Below, in pieces: positions 10,560 to 20,033 of a DNA stretch of 64,000 bases. The translations under genes were made by a program, and so were the position numbers. The notes beneath the pieces are model-generated. The model had not been told where the DNA came from. It ran no database searches and saw nothing but the letters and a program-made list of their open reading frames with translations. The stretch lies in NCBI GenBank assembly GCA_963804165.1, contig CAWDPO010000017.1, positions 394,178 through 458,177 on the forward strand, given 5' to 3'. The stretch is from an uncultured delta proteobacterium (GTDB lineage: Bacteria > Desulfobacterota > Binatia > UBA9968). How positions within the stretch are numbered: the stretch's first letter is position 1; each line of letters starts with the position of its first letter.

Positions 10560-11954
10560 ATGCCGTTGCCGATAAAGTCCGGGACCTTGCCGACTTCGAA
10601 TCATTACGAAGCGCTCGCCCTGACAAATAACCCGTTTCCGAGCGACCCGATCATCCGGCCTCGTTCCACCGACCGGCGCACGAACGGCGCGATTTTCGCG
10701 GACGGATGCCGCAAGGAGGTCATCTCTCGATTTGAGAAGCTCCTCTTGCGTGGCCCGGACTTCGAAAATCGCGCACGCATGGCGCTGCTGTGGTCAGAGG
10801 GTGACAAGGAAACCGGCCGCGGAACCGGAAAAACGGCGCTCCTTCGCCACTTCCAACACCGAATCAACAATGACTGGGGTGCAACTGAATTCCGGCAGTT
10901 CAGTGCGGCGGTCATCTACGTCTGTTTCCCTGACCAGGTCGATCGCCTGTTCTCAGAGCAGCTTGCGTGGGCGGCCCTCGTCGACGCTCAGGACTCCGGG
11001 CTGATTCGCGCCGCGAGCGCGATGCTACGCCTCGGGGAGATTCAGAAGCGTTGGCCGAAACAGAGTGATGCACTGCTTGAGGAAATGAAGCGTGCGGAAT
11101 CTGAGAGCCGCGACTCTGTAGACGTGCTGTTCGACGACCAAGTGCTCAAAACCACCGGCCTTATCGTCGAGGACGTCGTCAGCGCCGTCGTCGAACATTT
11201 GACTGACGCTGAGGTCAAGGCTGCGGTCGCCGAAGCGCTTGCCGCTGCGGACCTCACGGGACACCTCCGTTCCTTTCGTCGAGACGGTGAGGTGCGGCCG
11301 TACTACGTCCAGCGAGAAACCAAGGGCCTTACGCATGCGAAGGACGTTCTCTTCAACGACGTCGTCCGCTTCTTAAAGGAGGCAGGATTCGCCGGTGCGT
11401 ACCTATTCATCGACGACGTCGAAAACCTCACGGACCAGATGGCGAACAAGGAGACAATCGAGTTTGCCAAGGAGCTTGCGCTGTGCCTTGTGCGTCCAGG
11501 GCGTGCATCTGGCGACACGCGCTTCTTTACCGGCGTGCTCACAACGCACCAGCAGGCGGCAACGAAACTCGCTCGAGGCTGGGGCGAAGCTGGCCTCCAG
11601 GGCGTGGCACGGTTGGATGCTACGGCGGAGACGTCGGTCAAGGTACCTCTGCCCTCTGAAGATGGCGCATTGGAGATGTTGGGGGAGTACATCATACATC
11701 ACCGGCTGCCGAGCAAGATTGATTTGGAGCCGCTTCATCCATTCACCGAGGCTGCCGCACGCAAGCTGGTATCCGGTGTAAAGCCTGCGCTTCACCCACG
11801 CACCTTTCTCCAAAAGGCACATTTCGCCGTGCGGCAAGCCGCTGACGATGGCTTGAATTCCATCGAGGTGGCGCAGATCGAAAAGCTTTTTACCAACATG
11901 GGCGTCGAAGCGACCGCGAGCACGGGCGAGCCTGAAACCTTTGACACCTACTGA
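10560..11954 (+). CDS. P-loop AAA+/STAND-like ATPase
   Basis: ExeA-like start YEALALTNNPFP; Walker A GRGTGKT; Walker B YLFIDDVE; lid HPFTEAA...HPRTFLQ; RBS GGAGGT. Confidence 0.85.
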   Translation: MPLPIKSGTLPTSNHYEALALTNNPFPSDPIIRPRSTDRRTNGAIFADGCRKEVISRFEKLLLRGPDFENRARMALLWSEGDKETGRGTGKTALLRHFQHRINNDWGATEFRQFSAAVIYVCFPDQVDRLFSEQLAWAALVDAQDSGLIRAASAMLRLGEIQKRWPKQSDALLEEMKRAESESRDSVDVLFDDQVLKTTGLIVEDVVSAVVEHLTDAEVKAAVAEALAAADLTGHLRSFRRDGEVRPYYVQRETKGLTHAKDVLFNDVVRFLKEAGFAGAYLFIDDVENLTDQMANKETIEFAKELALCLVRPGRASGDTRFFTGVLTTHQQAATKLARGWGEAGLQGVARLDATAETSVKVPLPSEDGALEMLGEYIIHHRLPSKIDLEPLHPFTEAAARKLVSGVKPALHPRTFLQKAHFAVRQAADDGLNSIEVAQIEKLFTNMGVEATASTGEPETFDTY

Positions 11955-12120
11955 CAGGATCGTTTCCCGCGACGGTATGTGCCTTGGACTGGGTCGAGAA
12001 AGGGGTTCGTACAGTGAATACTGAAACAGCGTCTTCGGCCTCGCGAAAATGCTGGCAGTGCCGTCGTCTTCGATAACCGGCAAGCCCTGCCGTCGCAACA
12101 GGGTGAGTCAAACCCTCGGG

Positions 12121-12151
12121 GCAACAACCGCAACAACCGGGCGCAACAACC
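12121..12151. repeat. Three copies of GCAACAACC at the right edge of the island
   Basis: Copies at 12121, 12130 and 12143. Confidence 0.7.
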
Positions 12152-12237
12152 GGGTCAGGCTTGCATAGATGAATGTAGGTTGAACGAGGATGATCGGCGA
12201 TGGATTTCCGACGCCATCCTCGATCTTCTATCCTCGG

Positions 12238-13248
12238 TTAGTTTAGCTCCAGCCCCACCACCTTCGCCGGATTCTTCGTACACACCGTGTAAAGCTCGTC
12301 CTGATTCAAGCCGAAGGCTTCCATGTACCCGCGCACGAGGCGCATCGCTTCGACGGAGTCGGGGAAGAGCGGCTCGCCGGCGTCGCTGGAAAGCGTGAAA
12401 TGCTCCGGGCCGACGTCGCGGATGGTGTTGTACATGATCTGCGGGTCGACGCCGAGGAGCGGGGAGAGCTCGTCCCAGGTGAAGTTAAAAAGAATCCCGA
12501 CCGGCGCGAGCTCTTTCATCATGTCCGGCGAGACGTTCAAGAACGGGCTGTAAGGATGATCGATGACCGCGCGTTTGAGGCCGGCCTTGTCGACTTCTTC
12601 AGCAAGCTTATAAATTTCAGAATGGGTGGCGTGGCCGAAAAACAGCGCGACGTTGCGATCGGCGCAGAGATGCACAATGTCGCGGATTTCCGGTTTCAAC
12701 TTGCCGTTCTCATCGAGATCGTAGTGGCCGACCTGCATCGCTTCATCCCATGGCAGCGGGCCGGTCCAACCCGGAGAGTTGCGGCTTTGCACGAAGCGTC
12801 CGTAAGTTCCGACCGTGCTCATGGTAATCACGTGGGTGAACACCGGCAGCCAGACCGCGGCGATGCCGCGATCGATCATCGCGCTCACCGTCTTCGCCGA
12901 GATCGGCGCCATTTGCCGGCCGCACACGTAACTCGACCAGCAAGTGATCGGCGTGACGCCTTCCTTTTCCGCCCAGCGATTGACATCATCCTGAACGTCT
13001 TGCGTAGCTTTGACCGGATCGTCCCCGGGAATGCTTTTGAACAACAGGCCTTTCATTTCTGCTAGCGAAGCGCGCTTTGCCAAGTCATAGGGGTCTTGCT
13101 GTCCTTCGTGGGTATGGCAGTGGATGTCGATGGCATCTTTGACTTTGATATGCGGCGGATGCACGACGCCCGGCTTATATTGCGTGCGCGCGGCATAGGA
13201 AGTGACGCAGCGTTCGTGGGTCGGGGTGGAGACGGTGGGGTTACTCAT
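12238..13248 (-). CDS. Amidohydrolase-superfamily metal-dependent hydrolase (DUF6282-like)
   Basis: IDIHCHT, GH, IDHP, LSSDAG, KNPAKVVG motifs. Confidence 0.8.
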   Translation of the reverse strand: MSNPTVSTPTHERCVTSYAARTQYKPGVVHPPHIKVKDAIDIHCHTHEGQQDPYDLAKRASLAEMKGLLFKSIPGDDPVKATQDVQDDVNRWAEKEGVTPITCWSSYVCGRQMAPISAKTVSAMIDRGIAAVWLPVFTHVITMSTVGTYGRFVQSRNSPGWTGPLPWDEAMQVGHYDLDENGKLKPEIRDIVHLCADRNVALFFGHATHSEIYKLAEEVDKAGLKRAVIDHPYSPFLNVSPDMMKELAPVGILFNFTWDELSPLLGVDPQIMYNTIRDVGPEHFTLSSDAGEPLFPDSVEAMRLVRGYMEAFGLNQDELYTVCTKNPAKVVGLELN

Positions 13249-13330
13249 AAGAGTCGTTCTCCTTTGTTTAACTTGATTAGATGTTGCTACAATCGCGATG
13301 AGTTTGTCAAAGCGTTTCGAAACGGTAGAG

Positions 13331-13392
13331 GTTCAAGCCGTTCAAAACGTTCAATCCCCCGGATCAAGTCCGGGGTCCGTTCAAGTCGTTTA
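13331..13392. repeat. (C)GTTCAA short tandem repeat
   Basis: gttcaagcc-gttcaaaac-gttcaatc...gttcaagtc. Confidence 0.7.
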
Positions 13393-13536
13393 ACGCTAAG
13401 ATCAGAAAGGGCTTAGGCAGGCAATAGTTTTGGGAGCCGAAGGGAATGGAGAAATTCGAGTTGGTTTTTGTCCCATTGTTGATATAAGAACGGGTCGGTT
13501 GTTAGGGGACTTGCGCGACTACACGGAGGACCGGGT

Positions 13537-14550
13537 ATGAGGCGAGACGGCTTCAATTCACAATACTGGACATCTTGTTTGGTCTTCGTGTGGATTCTGC
13601 TCTTGCCCGGTTCGAGACTTTTCGCGGCGGACAAGGTCAATATGATCTACACCGCGCGCGTGATGTCGCAGGCCTATCCCTGGTTCGCTCAGGAGGCGGG
13701 ACTTTTCAAGAAGTATGATCTGGATGTTCCGCTGGTTTTCGTCACGCCGGGCGCTCCTTCGGTGGCGGCGATCTTATCGGGCGACAGCGAGATCGCCATC
13801 ATTGGCGCGGCAAGCATCACCCGGCCGTTTGTGCAGGGAAACAAGGATCCGGTCTTGATCGGCGGCATCAAGAGTTTGCTGACTCACAGCATCATCGCCA
13901 AGCCGGACATCAAACGGCCCGAGCAACTCAAGGGTAAACGCATCGGCGTCTCGCGCATCGGCAGCAATCCGCATTATTTCGCGGTGCAGGCGCTGCGCCA
14001 CTTTGGTATCGAATCGCGTGAGGTCAGCTACATTCAGGCCGGCGGCGCGCCGGAGACACTCGCGGCGCTGGTGGCCCAAGGAATCGATGCGGCGGTGTTG
14101 ACCGTGCCGACAGACGCGCAAGCGCTCAAGCTCGGTTATCACTATGTCGTCTATGGTCCGGACCTTGGCATCGCCTACGCCGCGACGACGATCACGACGC
14201 GTCGCTCGATCATCGCCAAGCGCGGCCCGGTCATCGGCCGCGTGATGCGCGCCTTGGCGGAGGCCGCGAAGATCATGCACACGGACAGAGAATATATGTA
14301 CAAGGTCATGGTAAAGTATCTCCGCGTCGACGACCGCAAACTTTTGGAAGCGAGTTTCAACGTGGAAAGCAAAGCGCTGGAGCCGAGACTGGCAATAAAA
14401 CTGGAAGGCATCCAATCAACGCTCGACGAGATCGCGCCGACCGACCCGCGCGCGAAGGCCGTGAAGCCGCAAGAGATGATCGACACACGCTATCTCGACG
14501 AAATGGAAAAAACCGGCTTCATGGAACAGCTTTGGGGTGGAAGGAAGTAA
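13537..14550 (+). CDS. SsuA/THI5-family SBP
   Basis: Signal peptide; AQEAGLFKKYDL, QLKGKRIGVSRIGS. Confidence 0.85.
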   Translation: MRRDGFNSQYWTSCLVFVWILLLPGSRLFAADKVNMIYTARVMSQAYPWFAQEAGLFKKYDLDVPLVFVTPGAPSVAAILSGDSEIAIIGAASITRPFVQGNKDPVLIGGIKSLLTHSIIAKPDIKRPEQLKGKRIGVSRIGSNPHYFAVQALRHFGIESREVSYIQAGGAPETLAALVAQGIDAAVLTVPTDAQALKLGYHYVVYGPDLGIAYAATTITTRRSIIAKRGPVIGRVMRALAEAAKIMHTDREYMYKVMVKYLRVDDRKLLEASFNVESKALEPRLAIKLEGIQSTLDEIAPTDPRAKAVKPQEMIDTRYLDEMEKTGFMEQLWGGRK

Positions 14551-14708
14551 GAACCAAATAAGCATATTCGCTAATGCTTCGTCTGCGGGAAAAAATTTTA
14601 GTAGGACTCGCCGCCTGCTGTTTAAGCAGCGCATGAGCAACAAATGAGCATTAGCAGCGCTGGCGAATTATACCCCACTGAAATAAAGGTAATGTGAGCG
14701 AAACGCCG

Positions 14709-14724
14709 TGGCATAAGCATTGCT
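14709..14724 (+). promoter_or_regulatory. Sigma54 (-24/-12) promoter
   Basis: TGGCATAAGCATTGCT fits GG-N10-GC; ~110 bp upstream of SBP start. Confidence 0.55.
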
Positions 14725-14833
14725 CTATGGCCGAAGAGTTTGGCGAGCACACTCTAATTTAGTATTCGGGCTTTTGCTGTTGCGGGCACGAGTTCCATCA
14801 AAGAGGTTTTCGAAACATGAGAGGAGAATTGAC

Positions 14834-15883
14834 ATGAGTCGTCAGCAGGTTTTATCGACCACTATCAAACGAGGGATCGTTTTTTGGACAATCGCCTTCG
14901 CCCTGGCGTTTTGCGGGATTTTTGCCGGTGACGTTTCGGCGGCTTCGGATTCCCTCGATCAACTTTATGAGAAAGCTAAAAAGGAAGGAAAGATCACGCT
15001 CTATGCGCCGCTTTCCGCACAGGCGATGACGGTCGTTCCGGCCGGTTTCATGAAGCGATTTCCCGGCATCACGGTCGATCATATCGACGGCACCAGCGAT
15101 AAGCTGATCGCCCGCGTCCTCGCCGAGCAGAAGGGCGGACGGGTGATCGCCGATGTCCTCAGCGGAGCTCTCACCTATTTGCCGCAGATCCTGGACCTGA
15201 AGATTGTTGCGCCTTTAGTCGTGCCGGAGGCTGCGCCGTATCCCGCACAGCTCAAGGGCGACCTTTGGGTCGCGACCGACATGCAATTTTACATCGCTGG
15301 TTGGAACACTAATCTCGTCAAAAAAGGCGAGGAGCCAAAGGGCTACGAGGAGCTGGGGAACGCTAAATGGAAAGATAGCCTCATGGGCGAGCCGCGCGAT
15401 TACCAAATGCTGGTCGGATTTGCCAAGCGGAAGTTTAACAACGATGAAAAGGCAGTCGATCTGTTTAAAAAAATCGCGGCCAACCAGGTCGAGTTTCACC
15501 GCGGCCATTCTCAGTTGATCGAGTTTCTCGTGGCCGGCCAGCGCCCCGTTTGTTTTACTTGCTACTCGCACCATTTTCCGGGACGGGTAAAGAAAGGCGC
15601 GCCTATTCAAGCGTTGCTGAACGAAGGCGTGGGTGAAATCGGTGGGTCCACGACTATGCTAAAAGGCGCGCCCCATCCCAACGCCGCCTTGCTGTGGGTG
15701 CGTTGGGCCGTTAGCGAAGAAGGGCAAAAAGTCTATGCGCAGGCCGGTGAAACTCCCGCCCATCCCAAAGTGGAACCTTTGGAAAAAATCCGGCCGGCGA
15801 CGCCGTACATGCTTACGATCGACGACGTTAAGGAATTTCCCAAGTATGAAAAAATATGGAAGGAGATCTTCCAAATTCGTTGA
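14834..15883 (+). CDS. Extracellular solute-binding protein (AfuA/FbpA-like)
   Basis: LYEKAKKEGKITLY, WNTNLV, APHPNAALLW...SEEGQ. Confidence 0.85.
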   Translation: MSRQQVLSTTIKRGIVFWTIAFALAFCGIFAGDVSAASDSLDQLYEKAKKEGKITLYAPLSAQAMTVVPAGFMKRFPGITVDHIDGTSDKLIARVLAEQKGGRVIADVLSGALTYLPQILDLKIVAPLVVPEAAPYPAQLKGDLWVATDMQFYIAGWNTNLVKKGEEPKGYEELGNAKWKDSLMGEPRDYQMLVGFAKRKFNNDEKAVDLFKKIAANQVEFHRGHSQLIEFLVAGQRPVCFTCYSHHFPGRVKKGAPIQALLNEGVGEIGGSTTMLKGAPHPNAALLWVRWAVSEEGQKVYAQAGETPAHPKVEPLEKIRPATPYMLTIDDVKEFPKYEKIWKEIFQIR

Positions 15884-16292
15884 ATGGACCAGGTGAATAC
15901 AATTCTTGGCCCACAGTTGGCGCGCGCGTCTTGCGGGGCGATTTATAGATGAAAGTTTGCAGGTCTACGGAAGGACGCAGTTGCGGCGCATCGGCATGAT
16001 TTAGCGGGGATGTGAAAGCCGACGCGCCGCAATCGATCGGATTACTATGCTTGTTGCACCGCCCGTCAATTTCCACGAATTCGGACCGACCGGACGGCCG
16101 AAGGTCCAATATTCCCCGAATTCGATTGGCTCGGAGTTGCTGCCGGTGACGACGGCGCCGGTCTTGGCATCGACCGTGTAATCGAGGAGATTGGCGCGAA
16201 GCCGGACGGTGATGAAGTCCTCGCCGTTCTCCGTCCACACTTCGCTGACTTCGCTTTCGAGCAAGGTAATATTTTCTATGCGGTTTTGTGGT
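15881..16292 (-). repeat. Direct repeat of the tim44-like gene 3' end plus downstream DNA (copy of ~19875-20285); gene fragment
   Basis: Encodes QNRIENI...EVWTENGEDFITVRL...GPNSWKLT, nearly identical to the C-terminus of 20034-20999, plus the same hairpin. Confidence 0.92.
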
Positions 16293-16477
16293 CTGCCCCA
16301 TTCTCGACGAAGCAATCCGAATTCACGGACGCAGCTCTGAAATTCTGTTCGGCGATCTAATCGCGGTTTTCTGCAGCGGCGAATCTTTACTGTAAGCTCC
16401 TTCGAAAATTGGGGTCGGGGCCGCGCGAGTGGCCCACTTAAGCCGATCGGCGACAGTGCCCCATTCCTTCCCCTTGA

Positions 16478-16643
16478 GAGACTGTTCTCAATGTCATTCT
16501 GAGGAGTGGAGCGACGAAGAATCTGCTTTTGGTTTTGGGGTTTCGGACACCATGCCGATTCAACCCGAATACGGAAGAAAAAGCAGATCCTTCGCTAGGC
16601 TCAGGATGACGCAGGGCAAATTTTTGGATTGAGACACAGTCTC
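16478..16643. mobile_element. MITE-like element carrying a REP-like palindrome
   Basis: Terminal IRs GAGACTGTTCTCAA and TTGAGACACAGTCTC enclose TGTCATTCTGAG...CTCAGGATGAC (16492-16610). Confidence 0.65.
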
Positions 16644-16872
16644 GAAGACAAAGGTAGGGATGATAGTTTAATCAGTTCCCAAGCACCCCTATCCCGGCCT
16701 TTCCCTATCAAGGGGAAAGGAGTCTAAGTAAGATGCAGCGATACGCCACTATTTTTCATCCTTCGCTGGTGAGCGTAAGCTCATGACCCACTTCGTTGTG
16801 ATAGGCGGGCCTTTTTCTTATAATCCGCGAAACTCTCCCCGTCATCAGACTTACGAACCTGGAGGTTGCAAG

Positions 16873-17703
16873 ATGGATTATGTTCGTTGGGTCGAAGCCC
16901 TCGACAAATCATTCAATCTTTTTATCCAGAGAATCGCCGAGCATTTTCCGAATATCCTGGGCAGCATTTTGCTCGTCCTCGTTGGATGGCTCCTGGCGCG
17001 GCTGCTGCGCGCGGCGATCATACGATTGAGCGGTAGGCTCGACGGCTTGTTCCACAGCCAGATCAGGGACGATTTCCTCAGACGCTTGGGCGTCGAGCGG
17101 CCGGCCTCGACTTTAATCGGCGGCATCGTCTTCTGGCTCGTGTTTCTGGTTTTCTTCACGGCGGCCACCGAGACCTTGGGGCTGCCGGTGCTGGCGACGT
17201 GGCTGAGCGGAGTGTCTTATTACCTGCCGCGCATTTTAGTCTCCGCTTTGATCATTCTCGCCGGTTTGTTTGCCGGCAATCTGGCGCGCGATGCCATCGC
17301 CGCGACGGCGGGCGCTGCCGGACTTGCCTACAGCGAGCTGTTAGGCCGCGCCGTTTACGTCATTGTTCTGCTCGTCGCCATCGTGACCGGGGTCGACCAG
17401 TTGGGCATAGAGAGCCGGTTTTTGACCTTGACGATCACCGTGGTGATCGCTGCTCTGATCGGCGGCGCCGCGCTCGCCTTCGGGCTCGGCTCGCGCACGG
17501 CCGTGAGCAACATCATCGCCGCTCATTACCTCCGGCAGATTTACCGTGTTGGTCAAACCGTCAGAATCCACGACATCTACGGTCGCATCGCGGAGATCAC
17601 ACCGACATCCGTCATTCTCGACGGGCCGGAAGGACGCGTGCTCGTGCCGGCGAAGGATTTTAGTGAAGTCGCGTCGGTGTTGATCACCAAGGAGAGCGCA
17701 TGA
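16873..17703 (+). CDS. MscS-family small mechanosensitive channel (CmpX-like TM-helix repeat)
   Basis: PNILGSILLVLVGW repeats, ALAFGLG...VSNIIA, GRIAEITPTS. Confidence 0.8.
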   Translation: MDYVRWVEALDKSFNLFIQRIAEHFPNILGSILLVLVGWLLARLLRAAIIRLSGRLDGLFHSQIRDDFLRRLGVERPASTLIGGIVFWLVFLVFFTAATETLGLPVLATWLSGVSYYLPRILVSALIILAGLFAGNLARDAIAATAGAAGLAYSELLGRAVYVIVLLVAIVTGVDQLGIESRFLTLTITVVIAALIGGAALAFGLGSRTAVSNIIAAHYLRQIYRVGQTVRIHDIYGRIAEITPTSVILDGPEGRVLVPAKDFSEVASVLITKESA

Positions 17704-18572
17704 ACTCCGACTGGCCGCTGGCGCGTGATTTTCTGGAAAAGCATCCTTACGAAGCGGGTCTGGTTTTGGAAAAACTCGCACCGGCGCGGATCGCAGAGCT
17801 TTTGCGGGAAGTTCCGCTGGCGACGGTGGCGAGGGGATTGGAGCAAATGACTTCTTCGACCGGCGCCGCCTGCCTGCTCGCCTTTTCTCTCGACCATGCC
17901 GGCACCGTGATCGAGTCACTTTCGCTCGACGCCGCAGCGCGCATGCTGCGCTGCCTGCCGGCCGGCGAGCGCGATCGTTTGCTTGCAGCCGTTTCGGACC
18001 GGCGCGCAGAGCCATTGAGGCGTCTTCTCACTTACCCGCTCGGAACCGCGGGTGCGTTGATGGATCCTCGAGTACCGGCGCTGCCGGATTCGCTTCAGGT
18101 CGGCGATGCGCTGGAGCGCGTGCAGCGCACGCCTGAACATACTCTTTACTATCTTTATGTCGTCAACCGGGAACAAATGCTCGTCGGCGTGATAAACCTG
18201 CGCGAGTTGATGCTCGCGGTGCCGCAGGATCATCTTTCTGCGGTCATGCATACACATGTCGAGCGTTTGGCGGCCGGCGCGGCCCTGGCGACCATTCTGC
18301 TCCACCCGGCATGGCGCGAGTTCCACGCGCTGCCGGTCACGGACAGTCAAAACAAATTTTTGGGCGCCATTCGCTACAAAACCCTTAAAAGACTGGAACA
18401 AGAAAGCGCGCGGCAGCGTCCGCCGGACGAATCGCTCACCGCCTTGCTCAGTCTTGGCGAACTATGCTGGATCGGTTTTGCCGGGATGCTCACCGGACTT
18501 GCGGCAACCGTATTTCCGCGAGCACTGCCGACGAACCGAGGCGAGGAGAGCACGCATGATTCCAATGACTGA
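17700..18572 (+). CDS. MgtE N-terminal/CBS-domain protein lacking the transporter domain
   Basis: LLTYPLGTAGALM, YYLYVVN...LVGVINLRELM, LPVTD. Confidence 0.8.
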   Translation: MNSDWPLARDFLEKHPYEAGLVLEKLAPARIAELLREVPLATVARGLEQMTSSTGAACLLAFSLDHAGTVIESLSLDAAARMLRCLPAGERDRLLAAVSDRRAEPLRRLLTYPLGTAGALMDPRVPALPDSLQVGDALERVQRTPEHTLYYLYVVNREQMLVGVINLRELMLAVPQDHLSAVMHTHVERLAAGAALATILLHPAWREFHALPVTDSQNKFLGAIRYKTLKRLEQESARQRPPDESLTALLSLGELCWIGFAGMLTGLAATVFPRALPTNRGEESTHDSND

Positions 18573-19869
18573 ACCGGCCGCGGTAAATTTGGCGCAGGCG
18601 TATTTGCGACTCTATCCCGGCGAGGCTGCGCGAGTCTTGGAGACTCTTGCGGTCGATGAAATTGTCGCGCTCTTCGGGCGGGAGCCCGCGACGCAGTTGA
18701 CGGCGCTTTTCGAACGTATCCTGCCCGACGTCGGCGCGGAAGTTTTGCAGCGCATGGACGCCGACGCCGCGAAAGACGTTCTGTCGAAGTTGGAGCCTGA
18801 TCGCGCTGCCTTGCTGCTGTCGCGCGTCGATCAGGAAGCGCAAGCCGCTTTATTGCGAACCTTGGACGGCTGGCTCGCCAAAGAGTTGCAAAGTTTGATG
18901 ACCTATCCTTTCGGAACCGCTGGCAGCCTCATGGACCCGCGCGCCACGGTGGCGCGGCCGGAAGCCACCGTGGCGGAGACCTTAAACGCGGTGCAGGCCG
19001 CCGGTCGTAAGCGTATTTACGACGTCTGTGTCATTAACGACCAAGGCCAACTGGTCGGCACGGTGGCGCTCCAAGACCTGGCGGTGTCCGACGGCCAGGA
19101 ACGGTTGGAAGAATTCTTGCGCGCGGCGCCGGTGAGCGTGAGCGCGATGGCGACGCGCGAACAAGTCGTCGACCTCATGACGCAGCACCAGCTCTCGAGC
19201 CTTCCGGTGGTCGACGCGGATAGTCGAATCGTCGGCATCATCCGCCATGACAAGTTGATCGCGGTGGCGCAGGAAGAAGCCAGCGCCGATATTCAGACCA
19301 TGGTCGGCGCCAGCAAGGAAGAGCGGGCGTTGTCGGACGTATCGTTCGCGATTCGCAAAAGGCTGCCCTGGCTGCAAATCAATCTGGTGACAGCGTTCGT
19401 GGCCGCAACGGTGGTCGGGATCTTCGAGGGGCTCATCGCGAAATTTACGGCGCTGGCGGTGTTGCTGCCGATCGTTGCCGGACAATCGGGTAACACGGGC
19501 GCTCAGGCACTTGCCGTCACCATGCGCGGGCTCGCGCTGCGCGAGATTCGCCCGCGTCATTGGCTGCGCGTCACATTTAAAGAAATCAACGTCGCCTTAT
19601 TCAACGGTATCGCCGTCGCACTGACCACCTCGCTCGGTGTCTATGTCTGGAGCCGCTCGATCGGCCTAGCTTTGGTGATCGGTGTCTCGATGATTATTTC
19701 GATGGTCGCCGCCGGATTGTCGGGCGCGGTGATACCGATGATCCTGCTCGCGCTCGGCCAAGATCCGGCGCAGTCATCATCGATCATTCTGACGACCGTG
19801 ACGGACGTCGTCGGCTTTTTCAGCTTTCTCGGCCTCGCTACACTATTGGCTAGCATGCTGCCGACGTGA
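18556..19869 (+). CDS. mgtE: Magnesium transporter MgtE
   Basis: CBS pair plus RLPWLQINL, AGQSGNTGAQ, DPAQSSSIILTTVTDVVGF. Confidence 0.9.
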   Translation: MIPMTEPAAVNLAQAYLRLYPGEAARVLETLAVDEIVALFGREPATQLTALFERILPDVGAEVLQRMDADAAKDVLSKLEPDRAALLLSRVDQEAQAALLRTLDGWLAKELQSLMTYPFGTAGSLMDPRATVARPEATVAETLNAVQAAGRKRIYDVCVINDQGQLVGTVALQDLAVSDGQERLEEFLRAAPVSVSAMATREQVVDLMTQHQLSSLPVVDADSRIVGIIRHDKLIAVAQEEASADIQTMVGASKEERALSDVSFAIRKRLPWLQINLVTAFVAATVVGIFEGLIAKFTALAVLLPIVAGQSGNTGAQALAVTMRGLALREIRPRHWLRVTFKEINVALFNGIAVALTTSLGVYVWSRSIGLALVIGVSMIISMVAAGLSGAVIPMILLALGQDPAQSSSIILTTVTDVVGFFSFLGLATLLASMLPT

Positions 19870-19970
19870 CGTATTGATTGGACCGACCGGAATGCAGTCC
19901 TTCGCCTGCAGTTGGCGCTCGCATTTTATCTGAGCTGGTGAAGTTTTATGGATCTAAGGAAGGAATCAGG

Positions 19971-20020
19971 TGCGGCGCATCGGCGTGATTTAGCCGGGAT
20001 GTGAAAGCCGACGCGCCGCA
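19971..20020. terminator. GC-rich stem-loop between convergent genes (second copy at 15982-16031)
   Basis: TGCGGCGCATCGGC...GCCGACGCGCCGCA stem, 13/14 paired. Confidence 0.5.
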
Positions 20021-20033
20021 ATCGATCGGATTA

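Noticed and set aside
13331-13392. GTTCAA arrays as CRISPR repeats
   Set aside because: Units are 7-9 bp with no spacers, and there are no cas genes.
16001-16315. tim44 fragment as a diversity-generating retroelement template repeat
   Set aside because: No reverse transcriptase in the window and differences are not adenine-specific; the same applies to the gamma-lyase fragments.
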